From: Candidatus Omnitrophota bacterium
Lineage (GTDB): Bacteria; Omnitrophota; Omnitrophia; Omnitrophales; Aquincolibacteriaceae
Assembly: GCA_003140935.1 (NCBI GenBank)
Contig: PLLJ01000039.1
Span: 76,007 to 140,006 of the forward strand
Direction: 5' to 3'
DNA length: 64,000 nt
Shown here: in pieces, positions 46,293 to 56,549 of the stretch
Position numbering within the stretch: position 1 is the stretch's first letter
Layout of the letters: each line of letters opens with the position of its first letter
Position numbers and translations under genes: made by a program
The notes under the pieces: model-generated
What the model saw: only the letters and a program-made list of their open reading frames with translations
What the model was told of the DNA's origin: nothing
Database searches by the model: none

Positions 46293-47189
46293 ATGAAAAA
46301 ATATATTCTGATTCTGGCGGTACTCTTTTTTAGTTCGTGCGCAACGGCTCCCCGCCATCCTCCGGCACCGACCGCTCCGCCGCCGAAGCCTGCGGTGCCG
46401 CACGCGCCGGTCAGTTTGCCGTCGCAGCCGGCCCCGGTCCCTTCGCGCCGGGACGTGACGCATGTCGTGGCTCCCGGGGAAACGGTCGCGATGCTCAGCC
46501 AAATGTACGATGTGCCGGCCGGTTCTATCGTGTCCGCCAATCATTTAAAAAAGAGCGCGGCGCTCTCCTCAGGGCGGTCCTTGATTATCCCCCAGGCGTC
46601 CGCAGCCCGGTCGATCATCCCGCTTTTCCCGAATAAAAAATGGAAATATATCATCGTTCACCATAGCGCCACCCAGGAAGGGGACTCTCTCGCGTTCAAC
46701 CAGTATCATTTGAAAAGAGGGTTCGTCGGGGGCGTCGGTTATGACTTCGTGATCGACAACGGGACGCTCAGCAAGGTGGACGGACAGATCGAAGCGACCC
46801 CGCGATGGCTTAAACAGCAGGAGGGCCGGCATTGTAAGGCGTCCCATATGAACCAGAAGGCGATCGGGGTGTGCCTCGTGGGTAATTTTAACCAGGGAAA
46901 GATGACCGAGCACCAGATGGAGGCGCTCGTTTATCTGGTGGAGATCCTCTGCCGTTATTACAAGATCCCCGAAAAACATATCCTGGGACACGGCAAAGTC
47001 CCGGAGGCGGACACCGATTGCCCGGGGAAGGCTTTTCCCTGGCAGGAATTCCATAACCGTCTCAAGTCGACCGACGTAAGCGGGATGCCCCACGGAACCG
47101 GAAGCACGGAACCACTCATAAAACTTAAAGGAAGTTTGGTGCAGTCCCAGCCATCCTTTAAAATGGATGGGAGGGTCGGAACGCACTGA
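46293..47189 (+). CDS. Lipoprotein with LysM domain and N-acetylmuramoyl-L-alanine amidase (amidase_2/PGRP) domain
   Basis: Lipobox FSSC. LysM HVVAPGETVAMLSQMYDV. Amidase_2 YIIVHHSAT...GYDFVID. Confidence 0.65.
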   Translation: MKKYILILAVLFFSSCATAPRHPPAPTAPPPKPAVPHAPVSLPSQPAPVPSRRDVTHVVAPGETVAMLSQMYDVPAGSIVSANHLKKSAALSSGRSLIIPQASAARSIIPLFPNKKWKYIIVHHSATQEGDSLAFNQYHLKRGFVGGVGYDFVIDNGTLSKVDGQIEATPRWLKQQEGRHCKASHMNQKAIGVCLVGNFNQGKMTEHQMEALVYLVEILCRYYKIPEKHILGHGKVPEADTDCPGKAFPWQEFHNRLKSTDVSGMPHGTGSTEPLIKLKGSLVQSQPSFKMDGRVGTH

Positions 47190-47359
47190 ACGGCCCATAA
47201 AACTCAAAGGAAGTTTAGTGCAGCCCCAATCAACCCTTAAAATAAATGAGAGGATTGGGGCGCCATCCCGCGCGTAGAAGTCAGCTAAAATAGAACGGCG
47301 CCACTCCACTTTGGCTTCCGGGATGGGCAAAACGAAAAGCAAGTCCGGAGAAAAGAACG

Positions 47360-48688
47360 ATGAAGGTCTTTGAAAAAACAGGGAGATTCTCGGCTTTTTC
47401 TTTATCGATCATTTTAAGCGCGTGTATTTTTTCGATCGAACTCGGCATTATGTATTTCTTCCACGCCTCCCCGAAGATCTCTCCGGCCCTGGAAGCCTTT
47501 CTCGACAGCACGATCCTGGTGATCACCCTTTATCCCCTGCTTTACCTCTTCGGCATCGCGCCTCTGCTCAGGGAAAATCAAATACGGAAAAAACTCGAAC
47601 AAAGATTAAGAACGAGCGAAGAAAGGTACAAGTCGCTGGCGGAAACTTCCCCCGATTGTATCAAGTTGTTCGATAAGGACGGCAAGCTCGTTTACATGAA
47701 CAGCGGGGGGCTCAAGGAGCACCGGTTCAGGAATATTGAAGAAGCGAAGCAGTGTGATCTTTTGAAAGGGATCCTCGCGGAGGACCGGGCGAAGTTCACC
47801 GAGGCCTTTCAAAAAGCAAAGGAAGGCCGTTCCACGACGATCGAGATCCGGCACACGCGCGAAGGTTCGGTGCGCGAGGCATGTCTCGAGACCCTGGTTC
47901 CCGTGAGTGACGCGAACGGGGAGTTCGCTTATGTGTTCGGGGTCTCCCGGGACATCAGCCATCTCAAGGAGCTGGAGCGGACCCGGGAAGCGCTGATCCA
48001 AATGCTCATCCATGATCTGGGCAATCCCTTGAGCGTCGTTTCCGGAGGACTGGAATATTTAAATGAAAAAGTGCGCGGCCAAGGGCCGGAAGATACGGAC
48101 CAGATCCTGGACCTCTGCGTGAAGGGAACCCGGGAAATCACCGCGATGATCTCCGAGCTTCTGGACATCGGCAAGTTGGAAGAAGGCAAGATGTTCTTGA
48201 AGCATGAAAAGATCCAGGTCAGCGGACTGATCGAAGACGTTTTCCGGGATTTTTCAGTGATGGCGGAGAGCCGGAAGATCACCTTGCGTTCAAGGCTCGC
48301 CCCGCCGGCCTCCCAGATCTCGGGGGATGTTTCTCTCATCAAGAGAGTGTTTTCGAATTTGATCGGGAATGCTTTTAAATTTGCGCCGGAAGGATCTTTG
48401 ATCGAGATCGCGGCGGTCCCGCAGGTGAAAAACAAAAGTGTTTTTTTCTCCGTGCGTGATGAAGGCCCGGGGATCCCGTCCGAATATCATAAGAAGATCT
48501 TTGAAAAATTCATTCAAGTTCAAGACCCGGGAATAAAAAAAAGTTCGGGAAAAGGGCTGGGCCTTACGTTTTGCAAAATGGCGGTCGAGGCGCACGGAGG
48601 GGAGATCTGGGTTGAAAGCGGAGCGGGAAAGGGGAGCGTTTTCTATTTCGAGCTCCCCGTCGACCCGCCGGTATCAAAAAAAGAATAA
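47360..48688 (+). CDS. PAS-domain sensor histidine kinase
   Basis: TM helices, PAS, H-box IHDLGNPLS, G1/G2 boxes GKGLGLTFCK. Confidence 0.75.
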   Translation: MKVFEKTGRFSAFSLSIILSACIFSIELGIMYFFHASPKISPALEAFLDSTILVITLYPLLYLFGIAPLLRENQIRKKLEQRLRTSEERYKSLAETSPDCIKLFDKDGKLVYMNSGGLKEHRFRNIEEAKQCDLLKGILAEDRAKFTEAFQKAKEGRSTTIEIRHTREGSVREACLETLVPVSDANGEFAYVFGVSRDISHLKELERTREALIQMLIHDLGNPLSVVSGGLEYLNEKVRGQGPEDTDQILDLCVKGTREITAMISELLDIGKLEEGKMFLKHEKIQVSGLIEDVFRDFSVMAESRKITLRSRLAPPASQISGDVSLIKRVFSNLIGNAFKFAPEGSLIEIAAVPQVKNKSVFFSVRDEGPGIPSEYHKKIFEKFIQVQDPGIKKSSGKGLGLTFCKMAVEAHGGEIWVESGAGKGSVFYFELPVDPPVSKKE

Positions 48689-48705
48689 AAACAACCAAGG
48701 AGGGG

Positions 48706-48909
48706 ATGATGGAAGACACAACGAAGCAGGAGCCGAAAAATTCTTGTTACTGCGCGGCGGTGATCGGGGCCGTTGTGATCGTGCTCGCCTGGTGGCATGT
48801 CAGCTGGGGCCCGATCGTTTTGACGATCCTGGGCGTCATGCTCATCATCAAGGACGTGAGAGGCAAATGCGGCTGCGCCTCGTTCTGCAAGCCCAAGACC
48901 GACAAGTAG
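48706..48909 (+). CDS. Small membrane protein, hypothetical
   Basis: One TM helix with a Cys-rich tail. SD AAGGAGG. Confidence 0.35.
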   Translation: MMEDTTKQEPKNSCYCAAVIGAVVIVLAWWHVSWGPIVLTILGVMLIIKDVRGKCGCASFCKPKTDK

Positions 48910-48982
48910 TAGGGAAAAAATCCGGGACTTGGGACTTGGAAAAAAACGGTAATCGGTACCACTCGAATAAAAAAAGAGACTT

Positions 48983-49618
48983 ATGCCAAAACGCATTTTG
49001 ATCGGAATGTTATCCGTCCTGCTGCTGGCGGAGGCGGGGGTGTGCGGGGCCGCCGGCGATCCCAAGGTACGCGTGGTGGAGCCCGTGACCGGGATCGCGT
49101 TTCCTTCCAAAGTCCGGTTCTCGCAAGACGGGGAGGATTACACGCTCCGGCTGACGGGGACCGCGGCACGCACCAAATGGTTCTTCAGGGTCTACGCGAT
49201 CGCCCACTATTTGCAACCCCCCCAAAGGGCCGGCCTTTTCGATCCTAAGAACCTCCTCACGGACGGGCCCGCGAAACAGATGACGATCCAGTATGCCCGC
49301 AATGTGCCGGCTCCAAAGATCACCCGGATCTTGCGGGAGGATTTCGAGCTGAATACCACGCCTTCGGAATACCGAGAGATCAAAACCTACGTCGAACAGA
49401 TGCTGGCCTACTTTGTCCGTCCGGTGAAAAAAGGCGACGTTTTTGTGATGCGATGGCTGAGCGGCGGCCGCGTTTATCTGGAGCTTAACGGCAAAAAGAT
49501 GGGCGAGGCGAAAAACGGGCTTTTTGCACGCACCTTGTGGGCTATTTGGTTCGGCGAACATTCGGTGGTGGATCCAAAAGCTCTTATGGCCCAAGCAACG
49601 CGTGAGGCGGGGGCATGA
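48983..49618 (+). CDS. Secreted chalcone-isomerase-like (CHI-fold) family protein, tentative
   Basis: Signal peptide. Weak resemblance to bacterial CHI-like proteins. Confidence 0.3.
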   Translation: MPKRILIGMLSVLLLAEAGVCGAAGDPKVRVVEPVTGIAFPSKVRFSQDGEDYTLRLTGTAARTKWFFRVYAIAHYLQPPQRAGLFDPKNLLTDGPAKQMTIQYARNVPAPKITRILREDFELNTTPSEYREIKTYVEQMLAYFVRPVKKGDVFVMRWLSGGRVYLELNGKKMGEAKNGLFARTLWAIWFGEHSVVDPKALMAQATREAGA

Positions 49619-50484
49619 CAAAAGAGGTCCCTCGCGTTTCAAGGATCACTCCCGCGAAAAAAGGGAAGCTCGACCTCGGACGGTTCCGAGTCGCGTACCG
49701 GATCTACGGTCATGCCGGTCCTTTTATTACTTGCGTCAACGGGGCGCAGCAGACCATGGCTTCCTGGCACGCCGCCGTGATGAAGTTTTCGGGCTCCTAC
49801 CGGATCCTTCTCTACGATGCGCCGGGCCAGGCCCGCGGAAGTATTTTGTCGGGGGGCACCGCGGTCAGCATTGACGAGCAGGTGGAGGTTCTGCGCGGCC
49901 TGATCCATGCGGTCCTGGAAGCGCGGGAAGACCTTCACTTGGTGGGGGCCTCCTGGGGAGCGGTCATCGCGGCGATCTACGCCGCACGATATCCCGAACG
50001 CGTTAAATTCCTCCTTTTGGCAAGTTTCGGACTTCAGCCTTCGCCTCAGATGATGAAAGTCGTCGAGGGCGCGCGCACATTGTATTTCAGCGAACACCGG
50101 AGCGACGGGGCGAAACTCATTATCGAGACGTTCGGTCAGCGGCTTTCCGAAGAAAATAAGCGCCGGATGATCCTCCAGTTCCAGAATCTGACCGACGAAC
50201 AATTCGATTCTTTTTATGAGCATATCAAGGTGATCGCTTCGACGAGCCATTTAACGGACTATGCGGACCTCGGGAAAATCCGCGCGAAAACAGTGATCAT
50301 CAACGGGGCCGACGATCAGTTGCTCGATAACCGCGATCTGCAGACGGCCTCCCGACTCATTCCTCACAACGAACTGCGCATCCTTCCCGACGCCGGTCAT
50401 TTCCTGCACTTGGAGCGCGAAGAGATCCTGGATATCTATAGGGATTATTTGAAGGCGAACATTCCCGCGCCTTCGTTGGAATGA
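49615..50484 (+). CDS. Alpha/beta hydrolase
   Basis: GASWG nucleophile elbow and C-terminal DAGHFLHLE. ATGA overlap with the upstream gene. Confidence 0.65.
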   Translation: MTKEVPRVSRITPAKKGKLDLGRFRVAYRIYGHAGPFITCVNGAQQTMASWHAAVMKFSGSYRILLYDAPGQARGSILSGGTAVSIDEQVEVLRGLIHAVLEAREDLHLVGASWGAVIAAIYAARYPERVKFLLLASFGLQPSPQMMKVVEGARTLYFSEHRSDGAKLIIETFGQRLSEENKRRMILQFQNLTDEQFDSFYEHIKVIASTSHLTDYADLGKIRAKTVIINGADDQLLDNRDLQTASRLIPHNELRILPDAGHFLHLEREEILDIYRDYLKANIPAPSLE

Positions 50485-50578
50485 AGTGGACCGCGGCACT
50501 GTCATTCCATCCACTCGTTGTGGTACAATCCGCTTGAAACGACGTGTCAGGCCCACCTTTTAAAGGAGAGAAAATTTA

Positions 50579-50991
50579 TGTCCGACTATATCCAAATATG
50601 GCATAAGGAACACGCGAAGATCCTTGAGACCCTCACTGAGTTGATCAAGCTCGATATTTTTAGCAGGACGGGGCAGATGAAGCTGCAGGAACTGAAAAGG
50701 GCGGTCGAGTCGCATCTTACGAATGAGGACCTGCATCTTTATCCCATGCTGAAAAAAGCCGCGGAAAACGATATCGGTCTCAGGCGGGAACTCTTCCTCT
50801 TTGCCACGGACATGGACCAGATCACCGGGGAGATCAAGGCGTTCTTCCGGAGAGAAGAAAGAGATCCGATGAGTAAGGATCTTCCCGCAGAGTTCTACAA
50901 GATCTCATGCGCGATCCGCAGCCGTATTTCCCGCGAAGAGAACATCCTGATGAAAACGCTCGAGAAACTAGCGGACCCGCAGCACGCGTGA
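50579..50991 (+). CDS. Hemerythrin HHE cation-binding domain protein, tentative
   Basis: HKEHAKILE...HLTNEDLHLYPML...REENILMKTLE matches the H..E/HxxxE..LFP pattern of PF01814. Confidence 0.4.
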
Positions 50992-51006
50992 ACCGGTCGC
51001 CCGCGG

Positions 51007-51906
51007 CTACAGCCGGCGCGAAATGGCCTTGTGAAGAAGGGTCAGGACAAAAACGGAAAAAACGATCACCAGGCAGGCCTTGACCCAGTCCCAGATAAGG
51101 GTATGGCATTCGCGGGTCGCGTCCCTGACCAGTCCGTAAAAGAGCATTTCGGTCTGCCAGCGGAGGAGCGTGGGGATGCGCTGGCTGAGGTAGATCGTCC
51201 TCTCGGCGACCATGCGCGCCTGATCGACGGAACGGGTGGCTTCATCCATGTTCACCACCTGCAGGGCCGACAGGAGGCCCGCGATCGAAAAAAGGCTCGT
51301 GGATTTACCGTGACGGCGGGGGTTCATCGACGAAAAATCGGAGAACCGGATATAAGAAACATACCGCTGATCGGGGTGCTCCTTACGCCATTCGTCCACG
51401 AGCGTTTTTAACTCCCCAAGCTGTTCCGGCGTCAGCACCTTGAGCGCGATCGCGTCGATATCCTTCTCAAGTTCATCCTGGACCTTCAAAAGGAAGACGG
51501 CTTTTTCACCGAATCTCTTTGGAGCTTCCTCTTTCCAGACGCCGCCCTGCAAATGCACGAGCACCTCCATATTGAGAAGCGCCATGCGGGGACTGGCATC
51601 GATGGCGATCGAAAAAGCGGCGGAGCAGGGAAAAAGTTTTATGGATTGGATCGCGGTACGCGTGTCGGGATCCTGGCTCTCTCTTTGAAGCGTGTCGGCC
51701 GCCTGGCCGACCATCTGCATGTACCGGTCCGCAAAATCCATGAGGAACCCGCGAAGCTGGCTATAGCTCAGCGGGGCCTGATTTTCCGGAGCCGCGACTT
51801 TTTGGGTCCCCGGCAATGCGAGCCCGAGGGCCGCATGTGCGGCGGGTCCGGCTGAAAGCGTTAGAAGCATCAAAAAAAAGCACGACCTGCAGAAAAAAGA
51901 TCTCAT
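51007..51906 (-). CDS. Secreted hypothetical protein
   Basis: Signal peptide AAHAALG. No domain recognised. Confidence 0.4.
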   Translation of the reverse strand: MRSFFCRSCFFLMLLTLSAGPAAHAALGLALPGTQKVAAPENQAPLSYSQLRGFLMDFADRYMQMVGQAADTLQRESQDPDTRTAIQSIKLFPCSAAFSIAIDASPRMALLNMEVLVHLQGGVWKEEAPKRFGEKAVFLLKVQDELEKDIDAIALKVLTPEQLGELKTLVDEWRKEHPDQRYVSYIRFSDFSSMNPRRHGKSTSLFSIAGLLSALQVVNMDEATRSVDQARMVAERTIYLSQRIPTLLRWQTEMLFYGLVRDATRECHTLIWDWVKACLVIVFSVFVLTLLHKAISRRL

Positions 51907-52103
51907 AAAACCCCCTCCGGAACCGCGTTCCTTTCTTTTTCAATGAAAGATCAGACCCATTTCCTGCCATTTTATTCTTAAAATCCGGAAACCGCCAGCA
52001 TTCGATGAGGAAGCCGGGCCCGGATTTGTTTTCATGGCATCCGTGACCATTTAGAGTTATCCTAAATCAGGAAAAACAACCTTTGGCCACGGAGGTGACG
52101 TCC

Positions 52104-52646
52104 ATGACTCTTTCGATCCTGGCTTTGACCGGTGTCCTTGCGGCGCTCATTGTGCTTTTTTTCGGGAGAAAGCTTTTTTGGTTCTTTGTCGGTGTCGCGG
52201 GTTTTCTTTTCGGTTCCGCGATCGTCGCCCAGTATTTTCCTTCGCTTTCCCTGCTGGCCTCGGTCGTCATCGGAACGCTTTTCGGTATGGTGTTCGCCCT
52301 GATCGCGCCTTATTTTCAACGGGTCCTTGTGGCGGTCGCGGGTTTTATCGCCGGAAGCTATACCGCCCTGTGGTTCTTCGGGTGGTTGATGCCGTACTAC
52401 CTGAGGGGGGCCTGGATCATTTACTTCGCGGGGGGCGTTTTGGGGTTTCTTTTGGCCTGGCTGCTGTTGGACATGGCCTTGATCTTTTTGTCGGTAGTAC
52501 TGGGGGCCGCGCTTTTGATCGAGACACTCCCTTTTTTCATGGCCGTTCCTCCGGCGGCGGGTCTTTTGGTGTTTATGGCCGGCCTGGTGGTCCAGCTCCA
52601 TAGTTATCAGCTGGCGAGGCGGACGCCTTCGAAGCCGGCCCCATGA
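52104..52646 (+). CDS. Integral membrane protein, hypothetical
   Basis: 5-6 TM helices. GGAGGTG SD before ATG 52104. Confidence 0.4.
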   Translation: MTLSILALTGVLAALIVLFFGRKLFWFFVGVAGFLFGSAIVAQYFPSLSLLASVVIGTLFGMVFALIAPYFQRVLVAVAGFIAGSYTALWFFGWLMPYYLRGAWIIYFAGGVLGFLLAWLLLDMALIFLSVVLGAALLIETLPFFMAVPPAAGLLVFMAGLVVQLHSYQLARRTPSKPAP

Positions 52647-52678
52647 AAAAAATCCATCGGTTGGGGAAGGTCTAAGCC

Positions 52679-53032
52679 ATGTTCGAACGGAGACATCAAA
52701 AGATCGCGCCGGCTCCGGTCTTCATCAAAAGACTGGTCCTGTGTTTTGGGACGGCGTTCTTACTCATCCTGACCGCTTTGTGCCTCGGCGTTGCTGGCTA
52801 TCATTGGATCGCCGGTCTTGCCTGGATCGATGCGCTCCTGAACGCGTCGATGATCCTGGGAGGCATGGGCCCGGTCGATACGCTGACGAGCACGGGCGGC
52901 AAAGTGTTCGCGTCGGCCTACGCGCTTTTTAGCGGGCTGGTCTTTATCGCCGTGATGGGGGTGGTTTTCTCGCCTCTTTTGCATAGAATGCTCCATAAGT
53001 TCCACATGGATGAAAAAGATTTTCCGGAATGA
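52679..53032 (+). CDS. Small integral membrane protein, hypothetical
   Basis: 3 TM helices. Confidence 0.35.
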   Translation: MFERRHQKIAPAPVFIKRLVLCFGTAFLLILTALCLGVAGYHWIAGLAWIDALLNASMILGGMGPVDTLTSTGGKVFASAYALFSGLVFIAVMGVVFSPLLHRMLHKFHMDEKDFPE

Positions 53033-53094
53033 TACCGGGGATCCCCCGATACCGCAGTTCATAGCCCGTCTGAGAAATAGAGGAAAAAGAAATC

Positions 53095-53829
53095 ATGCGC
53101 ACCGAAGAAGATCTTTATGTGGAAACGGGGTACAAGGTCCTCTGGGAGGATGCGTTTTTTCTCGTGGTGGACAAGCCGGCGCCGCTTCCGGTCCACGCGG
53201 TGGGCCGCTTCAAGGAGAAGAACCTGCTCAGTCTTTTGATCCGGGATATGGGCCCGGGTCCGGAAGGTCTCAGGATCGTGAACCGGCTTGATTCGGAGAC
53301 AAGCGGGATCGTGCTCGTCGCGAAATCGGCTCAAGCGGCGGGGAAGCTCGGGATCCTTTTTGAAAAGAGAGAGGTGGCGAAGGCCTATCACGCGGTGGTC
53401 TTCGGAACGCCCGCCGCTCGCGAAGGAACGGTCTCGATGTCTCTGGGGACCCGGAAGGAGCACAGCCAGCATATCCGTACGTCGGATCCCGGAGGCGAAA
53501 AGGCTCAAACGGATTATCAGGTTTTAAGCAGCGCCGGGGAATATTCTTTGCTCAAGGTGACGCCGCGGACCGGCCGCACCCACCAGATCCGGGCGCATCT
53601 TTCTTTTCTGGGCCACCCCATCGTGGGCGACAAGATCTACATTGATCCGAAAATCTTTGAGCGGTACATTCATGAGGGATGGCGGGAGGAGATGCGGCCC
53701 GTCGTGAAGACCGAACGCCTTCTTTTGCACGCGTCACAGCTGGGATTTTGTCATCCCGTGACCGGAAGACCGGCCCAATTCACTTCGGCGATCCCGCCCT
53801 GCTTCGACGCATTCTTAAATGAGGCATAA
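53095..53829 (+). CDS. Pseudouridine synthase, RluA family
   Basis: HRLDSETSGIVLVAKS catalytic Asp motif and GRTHQIRAHL. Confidence 0.75.
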   Translation: MRTEEDLYVETGYKVLWEDAFFLVVDKPAPLPVHAVGRFKEKNLLSLLIRDMGPGPEGLRIVNRLDSETSGIVLVAKSAQAAGKLGILFEKREVAKAYHAVVFGTPAAREGTVSMSLGTRKEHSQHIRTSDPGGEKAQTDYQVLSSAGEYSLLKVTPRTGRTHQIRAHLSFLGHPIVGDKIYIDPKIFERYIHEGWREEMRPVVKTERLLLHASQLGFCHPVTGRPAQFTSAIPPCFDAFLNEA

Positions 53830-53839
53830 TAAACACTCG

Positions 53840-54200
53840 GGAGCAATCCCAGTGCGAAGAGGCACGCTCGCGAGACGGAGTGGGCAAGGTGGCAGGCAGG
53901 AATCGTCTCTCGACACCGGCTGTTCACTCCCTCCTGCGGGGAGTGCCAGCCTGCGCTCTCGCTGATGGGATCCGTTCCGCGGAACGGCACCAAGCTCCCC
54001 TCAGCTCCGAGAGCTGTCTCGTTACGATTCCTGCCTGGCCGAATGAAGTCGGTCCCAATACCTATCAATTTCCACAGAGTGGAAATTGGGGCCGTCCTCG
54101 TCGCCATTAAAGAAACAAATGAAAGACAAGGACGGGCGCGCGAGTGAAGATCGCCTCGCTGGGGCGAGCTGAACGATGACGAAGCGCATTGGGATTGCTT
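53840..54200 (+). repeat. Repeat family E, copy 1 (about 280-bp element with nested family A copy)
   Basis: Homologous to 61790-62080 (tgggatccg...ggcaccaagctccc...gcgcgagtgaag...tcgctggg...gaaga). Contains the extra 54052-54133 insertion. Confidence 0.55.
54052..54133 (+). repeat. Structured intergenic repeat family A, copy 3 (nested in family E)
   Basis: gtcccaatacctatcaatttccacagagtggaaattggggccgtcc plus stem gtcctcgtc/gacaaggac. Confidence 0.6.
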
Positions 54201-54256
54201 CCTAAAATGTGCGAGAATGTTTTCTTTCGATAAGTTTTGAACATAAAGGAGTTGAA

Positions 54257-54433
54257 ATGAATAGCACAACAAAAGGATTAAGGACCGCTTGTTGGGACTG
54301 CGGTTATCGCAGGGATTTCGAGAATACTTTTTTAGGGATCTGCACCTGGTTCGAACTTCACGACAAGGGGCCGAACAAAAATATTCCCCCGGCCCTGGTA
54401 GAAAAAGGCTGCAAGCATTGGAAAAAGAAATAA
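54257..54433 (+). CDS. Small Cys-containing hypothetical protein (58 aa)
   Basis: GGAG SD. CWDCG...C...C pattern, possibly a Zn ribbon. Confidence 0.3.
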   Translation: MNSTTKGLRTACWDCGYRRDFENTFLGICTWFELHDKGPNKNIPPALVEKGCKHWKKK

Positions 54434-54435
54434 AG

Positions 54436-55146
54436 ATGAAAAGGGCAAAGCGCGTTTGGGCCGTCGTGGCGGCAGGTTTTTTTCTTCTCGCCGGCATTTC
54501 CCAGCGCTCTCTGGCGGCAGCGGAGGGTGTTCCCCGGCTGCCCAGGTTTTATTTGAACGGCCAGCCCGCGACCTTGACGATCCAGGACTTGTCGGGTTTT
54601 GGGACCCGGCCTTTGCGACTCTTGATCGAAAGGAATAACCGGAAGCGTCGCGAGGAGCTCATCCAGGTCTATGCCCTCGGAGCGCACGAAGGGGACGACC
54701 TGGGGATCGAACTGGCGGCGCCGCTCCCGGGGATGCGCGTGACGCTTTACAAGATCCTGCAGGAGCCGGGCGGTTCCCGCTATTTGAGTATGCCCTCCTC
54801 CGTTTATTTTGATAAGCCCGGCCAGACCCTTTACCGGGAAAACACCGGACTTTTCCGGGAGGCCTTTTTCATTATCGTTTACGAGAAGACCGATTCGCCC
54901 GATGAAAAAGAGATCAATGTCCGTTACTTTGAGGAACGGGTGAGAAAGCTCTCGGTCGCGGCGAAGACCAATTTCCTGTTCTCCTCCCTGAAATTAAAAA
55001 TGAAGGATTTTGCGGACCTGAAGGCCGGGGAATTCTTCGAAAGGGACGCGCAGCTCCTGGTCGACCGGCTCATCGATCCCCGCCGTATCTTTCTGGTCCG
55101 GATCTGGAAAGCCGCCAAGCCCGCAGCGGAGACGAAGAAAACATAA
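54436..55146 (+). CDS. Secreted hypothetical protein
   Basis: Signal peptide MKRAKRVWAVVAAGFFLLAGISQRSLAAAEG. Confidence 0.4.
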   Translation: MKRAKRVWAVVAAGFFLLAGISQRSLAAAEGVPRLPRFYLNGQPATLTIQDLSGFGTRPLRLLIERNNRKRREELIQVYALGAHEGDDLGIELAAPLPGMRVTLYKILQEPGGSRYLSMPSSVYFDKPGQTLYRENTGLFREAFFIIVYEKTDSPDEKEINVRYFEERVRKLSVAAKTNFLFSSLKLKMKDFADLKAGEFFERDAQLLVDRLIDPRRIFLVRIWKAAKPAAETKKT

Positions 55147-55263
55147 TTCGGAGCCTCATAAAACTTCCTCCGTGAGAGGGAACTTTTGTGGCAGAATACA
55201 GATCATACAGTGCCTTTTACTTTGGGATGTAAGAATGGCCCCAAGCCTGAAAGGGATCGATTG

Positions 55264-56346
55264 ATGGCATGGAAGCTGGATTTGAACCGGTATTGCGAAA
55301 GGCATCGTTTTCCCGTAGGGGTCTTGGGGGGAGCGTACATTTTGGGTATCGCTTTCCTCGATTACGCGACGGGCACCGAAGTTTCACTTACCGTTTTTTA
55401 CCTTCCGGCCATTGCTCTTTTTTCCTGGTATTACAGCAGGCCCTACGGAATTTCCGCAGCGATCCTCAGCACCCTCTTATGGTTTTACGGGGATTTTTTG
55501 GGCGGGCGTTGGTCCGCCCATCCCGCGATCGCCTACTGGGACGGGAGCGCGCTCCTGGGTTTTTTTCTGGCCTTTTCCATGACCCTTCAGAACCTGCGGT
55601 TAAGATTCAAAAAACAACAAGAACTCATGATCACGACACAAAGGGTAAGCGCTGAAATTCAAAAGATCGCGGATATGCAATCCCAGTTTGTCAGCACGGT
55701 TTCCCATGAGCTGAAGAATCCTCTGGGGGTGATCCGGGAATCCATGAGCCTGATCCTTGATAAACTCGCGGGGGAAGTCAGCGGCGAGCAAAGAAAGATC
55801 CTCGAGATGGGGAAAAATAGCGCGGAGCGGCTGATACGGTTAGTCGGCGATCTTTTGGACCTTTCAAAAATAGAGGCCGGCAAGATGAAATTGCGGCCGG
55901 AAGATATGGACCTTGGGATCTTAGTGACGGACGTATTAAAGATCTATGCGAATGAGATCTCAAAAAAACGGATCGTGCTTCAAAAAGAGATCCCGCCCAA
56001 CATCGGATTGCTGTGGGGGGATCGTGATGCATTGATCCGGGTGGTCATCAACCTTGTCAATAATGCCATCAAATACACGCCGGAAGGGGGTTGCATTACG
56101 ATCAAGCTCACGGGAAGCGCAAGGGAGGTCCGTTGTGAGATCGCCGATACGGGGCCGGGCATCCCCAAGGAATCTTTTGCGAAGCTCTTTAATAAATTTG
56201 AACGGGTGATGGTTGAAAGACAAGAAGGGACCGGATTAGGCCTTGCGATCAGTAAGGATATTATCGAACTTCATAAAGGAAAGATCTGGGTGGAGAGCGA
56301 AGCTGGAAAAGGAAGCAAATTCGTTTTCATTTTACCCCGATCTTAG
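55264..56346 (+). CDS. Membrane sensor histidine kinase
   Basis: TM helices, H-box VSHELKNPL, N/G boxes (NLVNNAIKYT, GTGLGLAI). Confidence 0.65.
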   Translation: MAWKLDLNRYCERHRFPVGVLGGAYILGIAFLDYATGTEVSLTVFYLPAIALFSWYYSRPYGISAAILSTLLWFYGDFLGGRWSAHPAIAYWDGSALLGFFLAFSMTLQNLRLRFKKQQELMITTQRVSAEIQKIADMQSQFVSTVSHELKNPLGVIRESMSLILDKLAGEVSGEQRKILEMGKNSAERLIRLVGDLLDLSKIEAGKMKLRPEDMDLGILVTDVLKIYANEISKKRIVLQKEIPPNIGLLWGDRDALIRVVINLVNNAIKYTPEGGCITIKLTGSAREVRCEIADTGPGIPKESFAKLFNKFERVMVERQEGTGLGLAISKDIIELHKGKIWVESEAGKGSKFVFILPRS

Positions 56347-56549
56347 AAGAAAATGTTCCATCTGAAGTAGCTCAAAGCGATCCGCCGCCAAGCCCGCAGC
56401 GGAGATGAAGAAAACGTAATCTAGAATTCATCCCGCCGTAATGTCACATAGGCTACGCTTCCATCAGAAGTGAAGATCGACGCTGAAATCATTTTGATCG
56501 GAAGCGGACGGTCGAGGATGGAAAATCATTTCACCAAAGGAGAAACACG

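Noticed and set aside
53751-54497. 248-aa minus-strand ORF
   Set aside because: Runs through repeat families E and A and the start of small + strand genes. No RBS and composition typical of a non-coding reverse frame.
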